From: Firmicutes bacterium UBA3572
GTDB lineage: Bacteria > Bacillota > Desulfotomaculia > Desulfotomaculales > Desulforudaceae
Direction of reading: 5' to 3'
Assembly: GCA_002375985.1 (NCBI GenBank)
Contig: DFNH01000012.1
Coordinates: 2,618 to 66,617, forward strand
DNA: 64,000 nucleotides
The notes below the pieces were generated by a model, which saw nothing but the letters and a program-made list of their open reading frames with translations, ran no database searches and was not told the DNA's origin. Positions within the stretch are counted from its first letter, which is position 1. Each line of letters opens with the position of its first letter. Positions 46,816-56,601 of the stretch are shown here, piece after piece. The position numbers were made by a program, and so were the translations under genes.

Positions 46816-46981
46816 CCGGGACAGGAAAGCGGAAGCCGGGAAACGGGGACTGGCTCTTTTTCAAGAACTCCCCTTACTCTTCAAAGAACACGAGACTGCC
46901 GGGAACAATCAGAGCAATTCTATCGTATGTGAAGGCCGGGGAAAGGTACCTGTCCCCGGTTTCCGGCTATCTCTTTTCCGG

Positions 46982-47029
46982 CTGTGGATAAGTGGCCACT
47001 TTTCCACAAAACATGCCTGTCCCCTTTTT
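46982..47029. repeat. DnaA-box element, copy 3
   Basis: CTGTGGATAAGTGG-CCACTTTTCCACAAAACATGCCTGTCCCCTTTTT. Its last bases supply the glnA stop codon. Confidence 0.9.
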
Positions 47030-48359
47030 AGAATTTGGTCAGGTATTCCTCTAATTCCCAGAGATGCACCTGCGACCGGTAACGCTCCCATTCAATACGC
47101 TTTGCTTCCAGGTAGCGGCTAAAAACGTGTTCGCCGAGCGCCCGGCGCATTAACGCACTTTCTCGCATTTCCAGCAGCGCCTCGCGCAGGTTTTCGGGCA
47201 GCATGCCGATATTCAGTGCCTTTCGCTCCTCCCCTGTCATGGCGTAGATATTGCGGTCGCAGGGCGGAGGGGGCATTATTTTCTTCCTGATGCCTTCCAA
47301 CCCGGCCTGGAGGCACACAGCCAGCGCCAGGTAAGGATTGCAGGAAAGGTCGGGACTCCTCAGCTCAACCCGGGTGGACATGCCGCGCTTGGCCGGGATG
47401 CGCACCAGGGAGCTCCGGTTGCGGTTCGACCAGGCGATGTAAACCGGAGCCTCGCAACCGGCGACCAGCCGTTTATACGAATTAACGGTCGGATTGAGAA
47501 TGGCGGTCATCGCCCGGGCATGCTGCATCAGGCCTCCGATGTAGTAAAGGCACTCGGTGCTCAACTGGTCTGCGGTGTTCGGATCATAGAAAGCGTTGAT
47601 CCCGTCCCGAACCAGGGACTGATTCAGATGCATACCGGAACCGGCCACACCGAAGAGGGGCTTGGGCATGAAGGTGGCGTGCAGCCCGTGCCGCCGGGCG
47701 ACCGTGCGCACCACCGACTTAAAGGTGACGATCTTGTCGGCCATATCCAGGGCATCGTCGTACTTGAAGCCGATTTCGTGCTGGCCGGGTGCCACCTCGT
47801 GGTGCGAAGCCTCAATCTCAAACCCGAGCCGTTCCAGGGTGAGAATCATGTCCCGGCGCGCTTGCTCGCCGAGATCCACCGGCGCCAGGTCGAAGTAACC
47901 CGCCCGGTCATGGGTACGTGTAGTCGGCCGGCCGTCTTCATCCATGTGAAATAAAAAGAACTCGGCCTCCGGCCCCACGTACATGGTATACCCCATCTCC
48001 GCCGCATCCCGGATCGCGCGCCGCAGAACGTAACGCGGATCGCCTTCAAAAGGGGTACCGTCGGGGTTGTAAACGTCACAGATCAACCGGGCGACCGCCC
48101 CACCACGGCTCTCCCACGGGAAAATCACAAAGGTATTCGGATCGGGGTACAAATACATATCGCACTCCTCGATCCGTACGGAACCCTCAATCGAAGAGCC
48201 GTCAAACATCAACTCGTTGTCGAGGGCCTTGTCCAACTGTTCCACGGTGATGGCCACGCTTTTCAGCATCCCGAAAATATCGGTGACCTGCAAGCAGACG
48301 AACCGCACCTTATGTTCCTTTGCCAGCCGGCGCACATCGTCGGTTGTGTAGTTATTCAA
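47028..48359 (-). CDS. glnA: glutamine synthetase type I (paralog 1)
   Basis: Full-length GS-I ([39 protein letters not shown]). TTG start with GGGAGAGGG RBS. Confidence 0.85.
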   Translation of the reverse strand: MNNYTTDDVRRLAKEHKVRFVCLQVTDIFGMLKSVAITVEQLDKALDNELMFDGSSIEGSVRIEECDMYLYPDPNTFVIFPWESRGGAVARLICDVYNPDGTPFEGDPRYVLRRAIRDAAEMGYTMYVGPEAEFFLFHMDEDGRPTTRTHDRAGYFDLAPVDLGEQARRDMILTLERLGFEIEASHHEVAPGQHEIGFKYDDALDMADKIVTFKSVVRTVARRHGLHATFMPKPLFGVAGSGMHLNQSLVRDGINAFYDPNTADQLSTECLYYIGGLMQHARAMTAILNPTVNSYKRLVAGCEAPVYIAWSNRNRSSLVRIPAKRGMSTRVELRSPDLSCNPYLALAVCLQAGLEGIRKKIMPPPPCDRNIYAMTGEERKALNIGMLPENLREALLEMRESALMRRALGEHVFSRYLEAKRIEWERYRSQVHLWELEEYLTKF

Positions 48360-48456
48360 CGGTCAACCCTCTCCCTACCTGAAAACCGGTGCCAACCAGA
48401 TCACGTCAGGTAATTATCACACATTTCATACATTTTGCGGCAAACCCTTTTTTGCA

Positions 48457-49197
48457 TCAGGGCGTGTACAGACGTCCGTACGGGCGATGTGAGACCGGGA
48501 TCAACTTACAGAAGTCAGCTCCCCGCACTTCGGCGAATTCCCGGCCATAGTACCGGCAAAACTCCTCCAGGAGCGGTTCCAAAAAGGCCCAGTCGGACTC
48601 GTCCAGGTCAAAGAGTTTCACTTCTTTGCCCAGAGTGCTTTCATCCGGGCGGCCCCGGAGGTAGATGACGCCGCCGTGCATACCGGTGCCCAGGTAGTCC
48701 CCCGCCAGGGGAGCGCCGTCCGGGCGGTCCAGGCCGAGGAGTACCAGCCGGCCGCCGGCCATGTACTCACCGAAGAAGGCGCCGGCGGTGCCGCCCACCA
48801 CCAATACAGGCATCATATCCCGGTATTCCTTCATGTGGATGCCCACCCGGTAGCCCACGTTGCCCCGGATGAACAGCTTCCCCCCACGCATTCCGTATCC
48901 CAGAACGTCCCCGGCCGCGCCGTGCACCACCACTTTTCCGGCGTTCATGGTGTTACCAACACCGTCCTGGGCATTACCCCACACCGTGATCTCCGGGCCG
49001 CTCATGAAGGCGGCCAGGTCGTTGCCCGGTACCCCGTTGATGGTGATCCGGATGTTTGCCGACTCCAGTCCGGTACCGATATACCGCTGGCCGTTTACGT
49101 TGTCCAGCACGAACTCGGTCTCCCCGTTCCGGACGGCGTCTCGGATCTGCTGGTTCAGCAGGCGGTAATGTAACCCGCCGGCGTCAATACGCAGCAT
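48457..49197 (-). CDS. glutamate synthase GXGXG-repeat domain protein (large-subunit C-terminal domain as separate gene)
   Basis: Repeated G-x-G-x-G beta-helix motifs (GVPGND, GNAQDGVGN, HGAAGD, RGNVGYRVG). Confidence 0.8.
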   Translation of the reverse strand: MLRIDAGGLHYRLLNQQIRDAVRNGETEFVLDNVNGQRYIGTGLESANIRITINGVPGNDLAAFMSGPEITVWGNAQDGVGNTMNAGKVVVHGAAGDVLGYGMRGGKLFIRGNVGYRVGIHMKEYRDMMPVLVVGGTAGAFFGEYMAGGRLVLLGLDRPDGAPLAGDYLGTGMHGGVIYLRGRPDESTLGKEVKLFDLDESDWAFLEPLLEEFCRYYGREFAEVRGADFCKLIPVSHRPYGRLYTP

Positions 49198-49230
49198 CTC
49201 TCATCCCACCTCTCGTCCCGTTTCCCGGCG

Positions 49231-50829
49231 TCAGGCGCCGACACCGGCGTTCTTGATCCCTAGGACGCGCAGATCGGACTCGGAAAGACCGATGCCGCGC
49301 AGACGCAGGCGGCTGCCCCGTAAGCTCTCCACCGCGTTCAGTCCCAAGGCGCCCAGGATCTCCTTCAGCTCCAGGGACCAGCCCCGGATCAGGTTCACCA
49401 GCCGTTCGGCCGCCCGTTCCGGGTCAAGCCTGGCGGTCAGTTCGGGCTTCTGGGTGGCAATGCCCCAGTTGCAGTTGCCGGTGTAACATTTCTGGCACAG
49501 GCGGCAGCCCATGGCGATCAGGGCGGCCGTACCGATAGCCACCGCGTCGGCGCCCAGGGCGATGGCCTTGGCCACATCCCCGCTGTGCCGGATGCCGCCG
49601 GACGCCACCAGGGAAACCCGGTTGCGAATACCCTCCTGACGCAGCCGGTCGTCCACGGCGGCCAGGGCCATTTCGATCGGAATGCCCACGTGATCCCGGA
49701 TGATCAGGGGCGTGGCGCCCGTACCGCCCCGGAATCCGTCGATGGTGATGATGTCCGCGCCCGCCCGGGCGATGCCCGAAGCGATGGCCGCCACGTTATG
49801 CACGGCGGCGATCTTCACCGCAACCGGCTTGGTATATTCGGTCGCCTCCTTGAGAGCGTAGATCAACTGGGACAGGTCTTCGATGGAATAAATGTCGTGG
49901 TGCGGCGCCGGGGAAAGCGCGTCGCTCCCCACCGGGATCATCCGCGTCCGGGACACCTCCTCGTCCACCTTCTCCCCGGGGAGGTGCCCGCCGATGCCCG
50001 GCTTGGCGCCCTGCCCGATCTTGATTTCCACCGCTACCCCGCGCCGCAGGTAATCGGGATCGATCCCGAAGCGGCCCGAGGCCACCTGAACCATTATCCA
50101 ATCGGCGTAGGGATACAGATCCGTATGCAGCCCGCCCTCCCCGGTATTCATCAGGATACCGCAGGCTTTGGCGGCCATGGCCAGCGCCTTGTGGGCGTTC
50201 AGGCTGACCGCACCGTAAGACATGCCGGCAAACACAAGCGGCGTCTCCAGCCGGACCGCGGGCGCCAGTTTGGTTTTCAAGACCGGGCCATCGGGACCGG
50301 ACTCGAACTCCAGGGCGTCCGGCCGCGAGCCCAGGTAGGTGCGCAGTTCCATCGGCTCCCGCAGGGGGTCGATAGAGGGGTTGGTCACCTGGCAGGCATC
50401 CAACACCATATGATCAAAATAGCTGAAGTAGGTCTTGTCGTTCCCCGCCCCGGTCAAAAGCTTGCCCCCGGTCTCAGCCTGCAGCCAGATGTTCTTCAGG
50501 TGGTGCGGCTGCCAGTGGTAATTCCCCCGGTAGGCCAGCGGGTTCGGCTGAACGCTGATCGCACCCTCCGGACAGTGCGTCACACAGTAGTGACACTGCA
50601 CGCACTTGTGGTGGTCGGCTACCACCCGGTCCGGAACGTTTTCCTTGATCTTGTCGAACACCTGCTGCAGGTCGTCCTGACCATGCTGGAATATGCGCAT
50701 GATCTGCTGCCAAGCACCGTGCTCAAACTGCAAGGCCCCGAAGGCGCAATTCCGGACACAATTTCCGCAACGCCGGCACTTGCCGTGGTCAATGTGTACC
50801 AGGTACTCAGGCGGCAAATAACCCCTCAT
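49231..50829 (-). CDS. glutamate synthase FMN/Fe-S domain protein with N-terminal 2x[4Fe-4S] ferredoxin domain
   Basis: CRRCGNCVRNC and CVQCHYCVTHCP clusters, then a GltS FMN domain (QGAKPGIGGHLPGEKV, GGTGA). Confidence 0.85.
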   Translation of the reverse strand: MRGYLPPEYLVHIDHGKCRRCGNCVRNCAFGALQFEHGAWQQIMRIFQHGQDDLQQVFDKIKENVPDRVVADHHKCVQCHYCVTHCPEGAISVQPNPLAYRGNYHWQPHHLKNIWLQAETGGKLLTGAGNDKTYFSYFDHMVLDACQVTNPSIDPLREPMELRTYLGSRPDALEFESGPDGPVLKTKLAPAVRLETPLVFAGMSYGAVSLNAHKALAMAAKACGILMNTGEGGLHTDLYPYADWIMVQVASGRFGIDPDYLRRGVAVEIKIGQGAKPGIGGHLPGEKVDEEVSRTRMIPVGSDALSPAPHHDIYSIEDLSQLIYALKEATEYTKPVAVKIAAVHNVAAIASGIARAGADIITIDGFRGGTGATPLIIRDHVGIPIEMALAAVDDRLRQEGIRNRVSLVASGGIRHSGDVAKAIALGADAVAIGTAALIAMGCRLCQKCYTGNCNWGIATQKPELTARLDPERAAERLVNLIRGWSLELKEILGALGLNAVESLRGSRLRLRGIGLSESDLRVLGIKNAGVGA

Positions 50830-51926
50830 ACGGTCACACCTTCTTCCAGCCGAGCAATGAACCGCTCCCCGGCCCGAATGTTCCAGACAGCATCCAGGTC
50901 ACCGACCGCTTCCCGCAGCGCACTTTCCTCACTGCCCATCAGGATGAAGTGGTCTTTCCGGCCGCAAACCATAGGTCGCAGCTTGATCCGGTCGTTTAGC
51001 CCGAGCATGGTACCGTTGAAAGCCACGATTATGCTGAACGGGCCGTTGAGCATGGCCGACCCGTACACCCGGCGCAGGGCGGTGTATACCGCCCGTTCAC
51101 GCTCTTCGTACCTGTCAATGTCTTTCCAGAAAGGAGCGGTCAGCGCCCGGCATACCAGATCCAGCGGTACGCCGTGGCGCCGGTGCAAAAGATCGAACAG
51201 GTAAGCGATCACCTCGGTATCGGTCTGCAGTTCCAGGCAGTATCCGAACATCTCCAAGTAACGCTTGTTAATGCCGTAAGAAGAAACCTCACCGTTGTGT
51301 ACCACCGACCAGTCCAGGATGCCGAGCGGGTGCGCACCGCCCCACCAACCGGGAGTGTTGGTCGGAAAACGACCGTGCGACACCCACATGTAACCCTCGT
51401 ACTCCTCCAGCCGGAAAAACCGGGCGATGTCCGCCGGGAACCCCACACCTTTGAACACGCCCATGTTGCGGCCGGAGGAGAACACAAAGGCCCCTGGAAT
51501 ACGGCCGTTGACCGTCATCACGAAGGCGGTGACGTAATCGTCACCGTCCCGGTCCGCGCCGTCCTCGCTTTCCTCTTTCGGCCAGACGAAGTAACGCCAC
51601 AGCATTGGGGCTTCGCCGACGCCGGCTGTTTTCCGGGTCGGAATCGGTTCCGCCTGGTGCACCGTAAAGTGCCGGCCGAGATACTCCTCGGTATCGGTGC
51701 GCGCCTGCGCGGTTTCGTACATCAGGTGCAGCGCGTAAAGGTCCCGGTACGCGGGATAAATCCCGTAACCGACAAAGCCGCCCCCCAAACCGTTGGCGCG
51801 CTCGTGCATGCAGGCGATAGACCTGGTGATGGCTTCGCCGTTGAACCGGATCCCCTTCGTGCTAATGATCCCGGAGATCGCGCATCCCGAAGGGATCCTC
51901 ACCATCCCTTCCCGCATTGTCTTCAC
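50826..51926 (-). CDS. glutamate synthase class II glutamine amidotransferase domain protein
   Basis: N-terminal nucleophile region PSGCAISG, HGRFPTNT, VHNGE. Confidence 0.8.
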   Translation of the reverse strand: MKTMREGMVRIPSGCAISGIISTKGIRFNGEAITRSIACMHERANGLGGGFVGYGIYPAYRDLYALHLMYETAQARTDTEEYLGRHFTVHQAEPIPTRKTAGVGEAPMLWRYFVWPKEESEDGADRDGDDYVTAFVMTVNGRIPGAFVFSSGRNMGVFKGVGFPADIARFFRLEEYEGYMWVSHGRFPTNTPGWWGGAHPLGILDWSVVHNGEVSSYGINKRYLEMFGYCLELQTDTEVIAYLFDLLHRRHGVPLDLVCRALTAPFWKDIDRYEERERAVYTALRRVYGSAMLNGPFSIIVAFNGTMLGLNDRIKLRPMVCGRKDHFILMGSEESALREAVGDLDAVWNIRAGERFIARLEEGVTV

Positions 51927-51972
51927 ACCTACTTTCTGTGTCCTAGACCAGCTTAATAGTTACTATACCAGC

Positions 51973-53304
51973 TTAGTAGTTAACGAGGTACCGGTCAACC
52001 TCCCAGGGCGTGATCTGGATGCGGTACTCATCCCATTCCTTCATTTTGGCTTCAATGAACTTCTCGTAGATGTGTTCGCCCAAGGCCTCCCGCATTACCT
52101 CGCTGGCGCGCAGCTCCCGCACCGCTTCCTCCAGGCTGGCCGGCAGGCTCACAATACCGCGCTCCTCCCGGTCGCCCGCGGTGATGTGGTAGATGTTGAC
52201 CTCGGAGCGCGCCGGGGGGTCGATCTTGTTCTTGATGCCGTCCAATCCGGCGGCCAGGTTCACCGCCAGGGCCAGGTAAGGATTGCAGGCCGGGTCGGGA
52301 TTGCGCAGTTCTACGCGGGTGGAAAGACCGCGCTTGGCCGGGATACGGATAAGCGCACTACGGTTCCCCTCCGCCCAGGCCACGTACACCGGAGCTTCAT
52401 AACCGGGCACCAGCCGCTTGTAGGAGTTGACCGTGGAGTTGGTAATGGCGGCCATGGCCCGGGCGTGCTTCAAAAGCCCGCCGATGTAGTACAGGGCGAT
52501 TTGGCTCAAACCGCCGGGCCGGTCGGGATCGTAAAAGGCGTTTTCCTCGCCCCGGAACAGGGACTGGTTCATGTGCATCCCGGAACCGTTGATCCCGAAA
52601 ACCGGTTTCGGCATGAAGGTGGCATGCAGGCCGTGACGTTGGGCCAGCGTCCGGACCACGAACTTGAAGGTCACGATCTTGTCGGCGATATCCAGGGCGT
52701 CCGAATGCTTGAAGTCGATCTCGTGCTGTCCAGGCGCCACCTCATGGTGGGAGGTCTCCACCTCGAAGCCCATTTCCTCAAGGACCATCACCATTTCACG
52801 GCGGGCATTTTCACCCTTGTCGACCGGCGACAGGTCGAAATACCCGGCCTTGTCGTGCGTTTCCAGGAGCGGCTTACCGTCGGCATCGACGTGGAACAGG
52901 AAGAATTCCATCTCCGGCCCGGCATGCATGGTGAAGCCCATTTTGCGGGCCTCCTCCAGCACCCGGCGCAGAGCGTTGCGCGGGCAGCCGGCGAACGGTG
53001 TGCCGTCGGGATTGTACACGTCGCAGATCAGGCGGGCCACCGCCCCGTCCCGGGGCCGCCACGGGAAGATGGTGAAGGTCCGCGGGTCCGGTCGGAGATA
53101 CATATCCGATTCCTCGATGCGGGCAAAACCATGGATGGACGAACCATCAAACATCAGTTCGCCGTCCAGGGCTTTTTCCAACTGCTCCACCGGGATAGCG
53201 ATGTTCTTCAGCACCCCCATAATGTCGGTGAACTGAAGACGGACGAACTTCACCCCCAACTGTCTGGCCTTTTCCAAGATCTCCTGCTTTACCGCCACAT
53301 CCAT
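51973..53304 (-). CDS. glnA: glutamine synthetase type I (paralog 2)
   Basis: Canonical motifs including [20 protein letters not shown] favours ATG 53304 over the track start at 53325. Confidence 0.9.
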   Translation of the reverse strand: MDVAVKQEILEKARQLGVKFVRLQFTDIMGVLKNIAIPVEQLEKALDGELMFDGSSIHGFARIEESDMYLRPDPRTFTIFPWRPRDGAVARLICDVYNPDGTPFAGCPRNALRRVLEEARKMGFTMHAGPEMEFFLFHVDADGKPLLETHDKAGYFDLSPVDKGENARREMVMVLEEMGFEVETSHHEVAPGQHEIDFKHSDALDIADKIVTFKFVVRTLAQRHGLHATFMPKPVFGINGSGMHMNQSLFRGEENAFYDPDRPGGLSQIALYYIGGLLKHARAMAAITNSTVNSYKRLVPGYEAPVYVAWAEGNRSALIRIPAKRGLSTRVELRNPDPACNPYLALAVNLAAGLDGIKNKIDPPARSEVNIYHITAGDREERGIVSLPASLEEAVRELRASEVMREALGEHIYEKFIEAKMKEWDEYRIQITPWEVDRYLVNY

Positions 53305-53339
53305 TCTACCAACCTTCCTTTCCATAAAGATTTTTTAGT

Positions 53340-53420
53340 GGAAACAAAACACGCCCCGGCCCGGGGAGGGGTTGACCCCTCATCTCCCAGGCAGGGCCTC
53401 TTTGCCGTTTTTGGTACCGC
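53340..53420 (-). promoter_or_regulatory. glnA leader with tandem GC hairpins and U-tract (candidate ANTAR antitermination target)
   Basis: Minus strand GAGGGG-TCAA-CCCCTC is immediately followed by CCCCG-GGC-CGGGG and UGUUUUGUUU. It lies between the ANTAR regulator gene and glnA. Confidence 0.45.
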
Positions 53421-53454
53421 CGTGTACTCTGTATTCGGTTGTACTGCAAAGCCG

Positions 53455-54033
53455 TTAAACGTTGTGGGCCAGGATGATGGCTTCGGCAACCGCCCGCATG
53501 GAAAGCCGCCGGTTCATACTCATTTTCTGAATGCGCCGGTAGGCCTCGGCTTCGGTCAAACCGTGGGCGCTCATTAAAAGCCCCTTCGCCCGTTCGACCA
53601 CCTTCCTGGTCTCCAGGTCATCCTTCAGCTTCATAATCTTTTTCTCTAACTCCAGCACCTCCTCGTAGTGCGCCAGAGCCACCTCGACCACCGTGAGGAG
53701 ACTCGTAACGTCGACCGGTTTCTCCAAGAAACCGGCGGCCCGGACCTCGCGCAGGCTGGTCAGCATCTCCCGGCCGAAAAGATTGGACATCACCACAACC
53801 GGCGCCAGGCGGTCCTCGTGCACGATCCGGGCCAGTTCCAAGCCGTTTAGTCCCGGCAACGCGCAATCCGCCAGCACCAGGTCGGGCTGCCGGTCGCGGA
53901 TCATTTTGAGGGCGGTGATACCGTCCTCGACCTCACCGATTACCAGAAAATCGGCCTGGTTGAGCGTTGTGCGGACATTGGCTCTCCCCTGCCTGTCCGG
54001 GTCGGCCAGGATCACCCGTTCCTGCCTTGCCAA
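53455..54033 (-). CDS. response regulator with ANTAR RNA-binding output domain
   Basis: REC domain (ILADPD...DLVLADCALPGLNG) plus ANTAR (RKVVERAKGLLMSAHGLTEAEAYRRIQKMSMNRRLSMRAVAEAI). Confidence 0.9.
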   Translation of the reverse strand: MARQERVILADPDRQGRANVRTTLNQADFLVIGEVEDGITALKMIRDRQPDLVLADCALPGLNGLELARIVHEDRLAPVVVMSNLFGREMLTSLREVRAAGFLEKPVDVTSLLTVVEVALAHYEEVLELEKKIMKLKDDLETRKVVERAKGLLMSAHGLTEAEAYRRIQKMSMNRRLSMRAVAEAIILAHNV

Positions 54034-54234
54034 ACCCCTAAACCTCCCAGATAATAAATGCCCCCGCAGGCTGCTTTTTACCAGCCTGCCGAGAGCATCA
54101 TCGCCGCCTGCCGGATACCTCGTCGTATCCGTACTATATATTAACTTACCAAGTAATTATACAAGTAATTATAATTATACGCCGTGTGGCTCTGGCAATC
54201 AATACTCTGTCATCAAATTTCGGAAAAGTATACA

Positions 54235-55137
54235 CTATCCCCGTATATTGTCGACCATGTCCGGTTCCGGCGGTGTAGGGGGCACGGGCGCGCATTCGGC
54301 CGCCACCGCGGCCGCGAAAGCCCGCCCGAGAGAAACCGTCACCGGCCCGGGCAAGCCGCCGGCCACCGGGCGCCCATCTACGGCCACCAGCGGCACCACT
54401 CCCAGCACCGCGTTGGTGAGGAAGGCCTCCTCGGCGCACGACAGGTCGCGCACCGCGATACTTCTTTCCTGCACTTTCAGACCGCGGCCGGCCGCCAGTT
54501 CGAGTACCAACTCCCGGGCTAGGCCGGGCAGCAATCCGTCGGTTACCGGGGGCGTTAGCAGGACCCCTGCACGGAGGACAAAGAGATTGGTTACGCTCCC
54601 CTCGGTATAGGTGCCGGACTCGTTGACCAAAAGCGCCTCATCGTATCCGGCAGCCCGGGCTTGGCGCCGGGCCAGGACGTGCCCAACCCGGGAGGTGGTC
54701 TTCACCGACAGCAGCGGGTCGCGGGAAAAGACGGGACGGGCAGAGGTTCCGGCGGTCCAGGGGGAATGTGCAGAAACCAGCTTCGGCACGGGCCAGGCGG
54801 CCACGACCACGGTGGGGTGAACCGCGGACGGCCCGGCACCCGGAACCGTTTCCACCCCGGCGGTGACGGTACAGCGTAACCGGGCCTCGCGGAGCCCGTT
54901 AGCCCGCAGCGTGGCCTCCACCGCGGACCGCAACTCCGCGAACTCCGGAACGGGTTCGATCCCCAGCAAGCGGCAGCCGGCACGCAAGCGCTCCAGGTGC
55001 CGGCCCAACCGGAACACCCGCCCCGCACAGGCGCGCATGGTTTCAAACACCCCGTAACCGAGCAAAAAGCCGGTATCAAACGGAGAGATTCCAGCCGTAC
55101 CGGCATCGCAGATCCGGCCGTTAACGTACACCTGCAC
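54235..55137 (-). CDS. pabC: aminodeoxychorismate lyase (class IV aminotransferase fold)
   Basis: GYGVFETMR, RHLERL, class IV fold. AGGGGGG RBS before GTG 55137. Overlaps the pabB end. Confidence 0.75.
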   Translation of the reverse strand: MQVYVNGRICDAGTAGISPFDTGFLLGYGVFETMRACAGRVFRLGRHLERLRAGCRLLGIEPVPEFAELRSAVEATLRANGLREARLRCTVTAGVETVPGAGPSAVHPTVVVAAWPVPKLVSAHSPWTAGTSARPVFSRDPLLSVKTTSRVGHVLARRQARAAGYDEALLVNESGTYTEGSVTNLFVLRAGVLLTPPVTDGLLPGLARELVLELAAGRGLKVQERSIAVRDLSCAEEAFLTNAVLGVVPLVAVDGRPVAGGLPGPVTVSLGRAFAAAVAAECAPVPPTPPEPDMVDNIRG

Positions 55138-56599
55138 CCTGCTTATCACCCCCCTGATGGTCCTTCCCCAGGGCAGCAAACAAACCCCGGGCCTTGTCCA
55201 GTGTTTCCTGATATTCGGCTTGCGGGTCTGAATCGGCCACGATGCCGCCACCGACGTGGAACCAGGCCCGGCCGTTTTTCAGTACCACGGTCCGGATGGC
55301 GATATTCAGGTCCAGGTGGCCGTCGAAGCTGAAATAACCCACGGCCCCGGTGTAGACTCCCCGCGGCACCAGCTCCAGTTCCTCGATGATCTCCATGGCC
55401 CGGATTTTGGGTGCCCCGGTGATCGAACCGCCCGGAAAAGTGGCCCGCAGCAGCGCGGCGACGCCGGTCCCCGACCGCAATACCGCTTCGACCGTGGAGA
55501 CCAGATGCCACACCGTTGGAAAAGGTTCCAGGACCATGAGTTCCGTAACCCGGACCGAACCCGGCACGGCGACCCGGCTCAGGTCATTGCGCTCCAGGTC
55601 CACGATCATGACGTGTTCGGCCCGGTCTTTGACGCTGGCCGACAGTTCCCGCGCCAGGCGGGCGTCGTCTGCGGCGTCGGCACCCCGCGGGCGGGTACCT
55701 TTGATGGGTCGGGTGTGCACCACTCCCGAACGGGGATCCAGGTGCAGGAAACGTTCCGGGGAAGCACTGACCACGGTGAAACCGGAACCGTGGATCAGGG
55801 CACCGAAGGGCGCCGGATTGGTCCGGCGTAACCGGGTGAATAAACCGTACCCGGAACCGGTCCATGGCAGCGCAAAACGCTGGGCCAGGTTCACCTGGTA
55901 CACCTCCCCGGCCGCAATGTACTCCTTCGCCCGGCGCACCGCCTTCAGGTAGTTTTCGCGGGTGAAACTTGAACACACGACACCGGATCCGAACCCGGAC
56001 CCGGATCCGGGGCGTATGCTGATTTCCGAACAGACTGCCGGCTCCCTCTGCACGAGTTCCTGAAGGAAACGCATCCGGGCCTTCGCCCGGACGTTTCGGG
56101 CACGTCCGCGGGCCGGTAAACCGGTGGAAGTCAGGTACAGAACTCCCTCCCGGCGGTCCATGGCGAGCACCGCGTCGTAAAAGCCCACATAGGCGAGCGG
56201 CAATTCCAGGTCGTCGGGCCGGGAGGGCCGCGGCTCTACAAACTCCCGCAGGCCGTAAGCCAGAAAGCCAATCCCGCCGGCCGGCAACGGCGTCGGTCCC
56301 GACCCGGTGGGCAGCCGGTAGCTATCCAGTATTTCCTGCAGGGCCCCAAAGGGATCGCCCGCCAGGCGCCGTACATGCGACCCGAGAAAGAGACGGTGAC
56401 CACCAACACGGCACTCCAGCAAGGCGAAGGGGTCGAAGGCCGCGAAACACCACCGGCCCAAAGGGTACCGGCACGCCGCCCGCGGTTCCAGGGCGCTGTC
56501 CAGGATCATCAGGCCCGGCAGATTCTGCAGCCGGGCATACAGCGCCTCCGGCCCCTCCGGCCAGGGAATAACCTCCACCAGCACGTCCTTGTCTCCCAC
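55121..56599 (-). CDS. pabB: aminodeoxychorismate synthase component I
   Basis: Chorismate-binding domain (FPGGSITGAPK, RGVYTGAVGY, GGGIVADSDP). Assigned PabB rather than TrpE from the pabC neighbour. Confidence 0.75.
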   Translation of the reverse strand: MGDKDVLVEVIPWPEGPEALYARLQNLPGLMILDSALEPRAACRYPLGRWCFAAFDPFALLECRVGGHRLFLGSHVRRLAGDPFGALQEILDSYRLPTGSGPTPLPAGGIGFLAYGLREFVEPRPSRPDDLELPLAYVGFYDAVLAMDRREGVLYLTSTGLPARGRARNVRAKARMRFLQELVQREPAVCSEISIRPGSGSGFGSGVVCSSFTRENYLKAVRRAKEYIAAGEVYQVNLAQRFALPWTGSGYGLFTRLRRTNPAPFGALIHGSGFTVVSASPERFLHLDPRSGVVHTRPIKGTRPRGADAADDARLARELSASVKDRAEHVMIVDLERNDLSRVAVPGSVRVTELMVLEPFPTVWHLVSTVEAVLRSGTGVAALLRATFPGGSITGAPKIRAMEIIEELELVPRGVYTGAVGYFSFDGHLDLNIAIRTVVLKNGRAWFHVGGGIVADSDPQAEYQETLDKARGLFAALGKDHQGGDKQGAGVR

Positions 56600-56601
56600 C
56601 C

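Noticed and set aside
37142-47029. The DnaA-box clusters as a replication origin.
   Set aside because: No dnaA/dnaN, no AT-rich unwinding element, only two boxes per site, and the sites are embedded in operons. oriC is very unlikely to be here.
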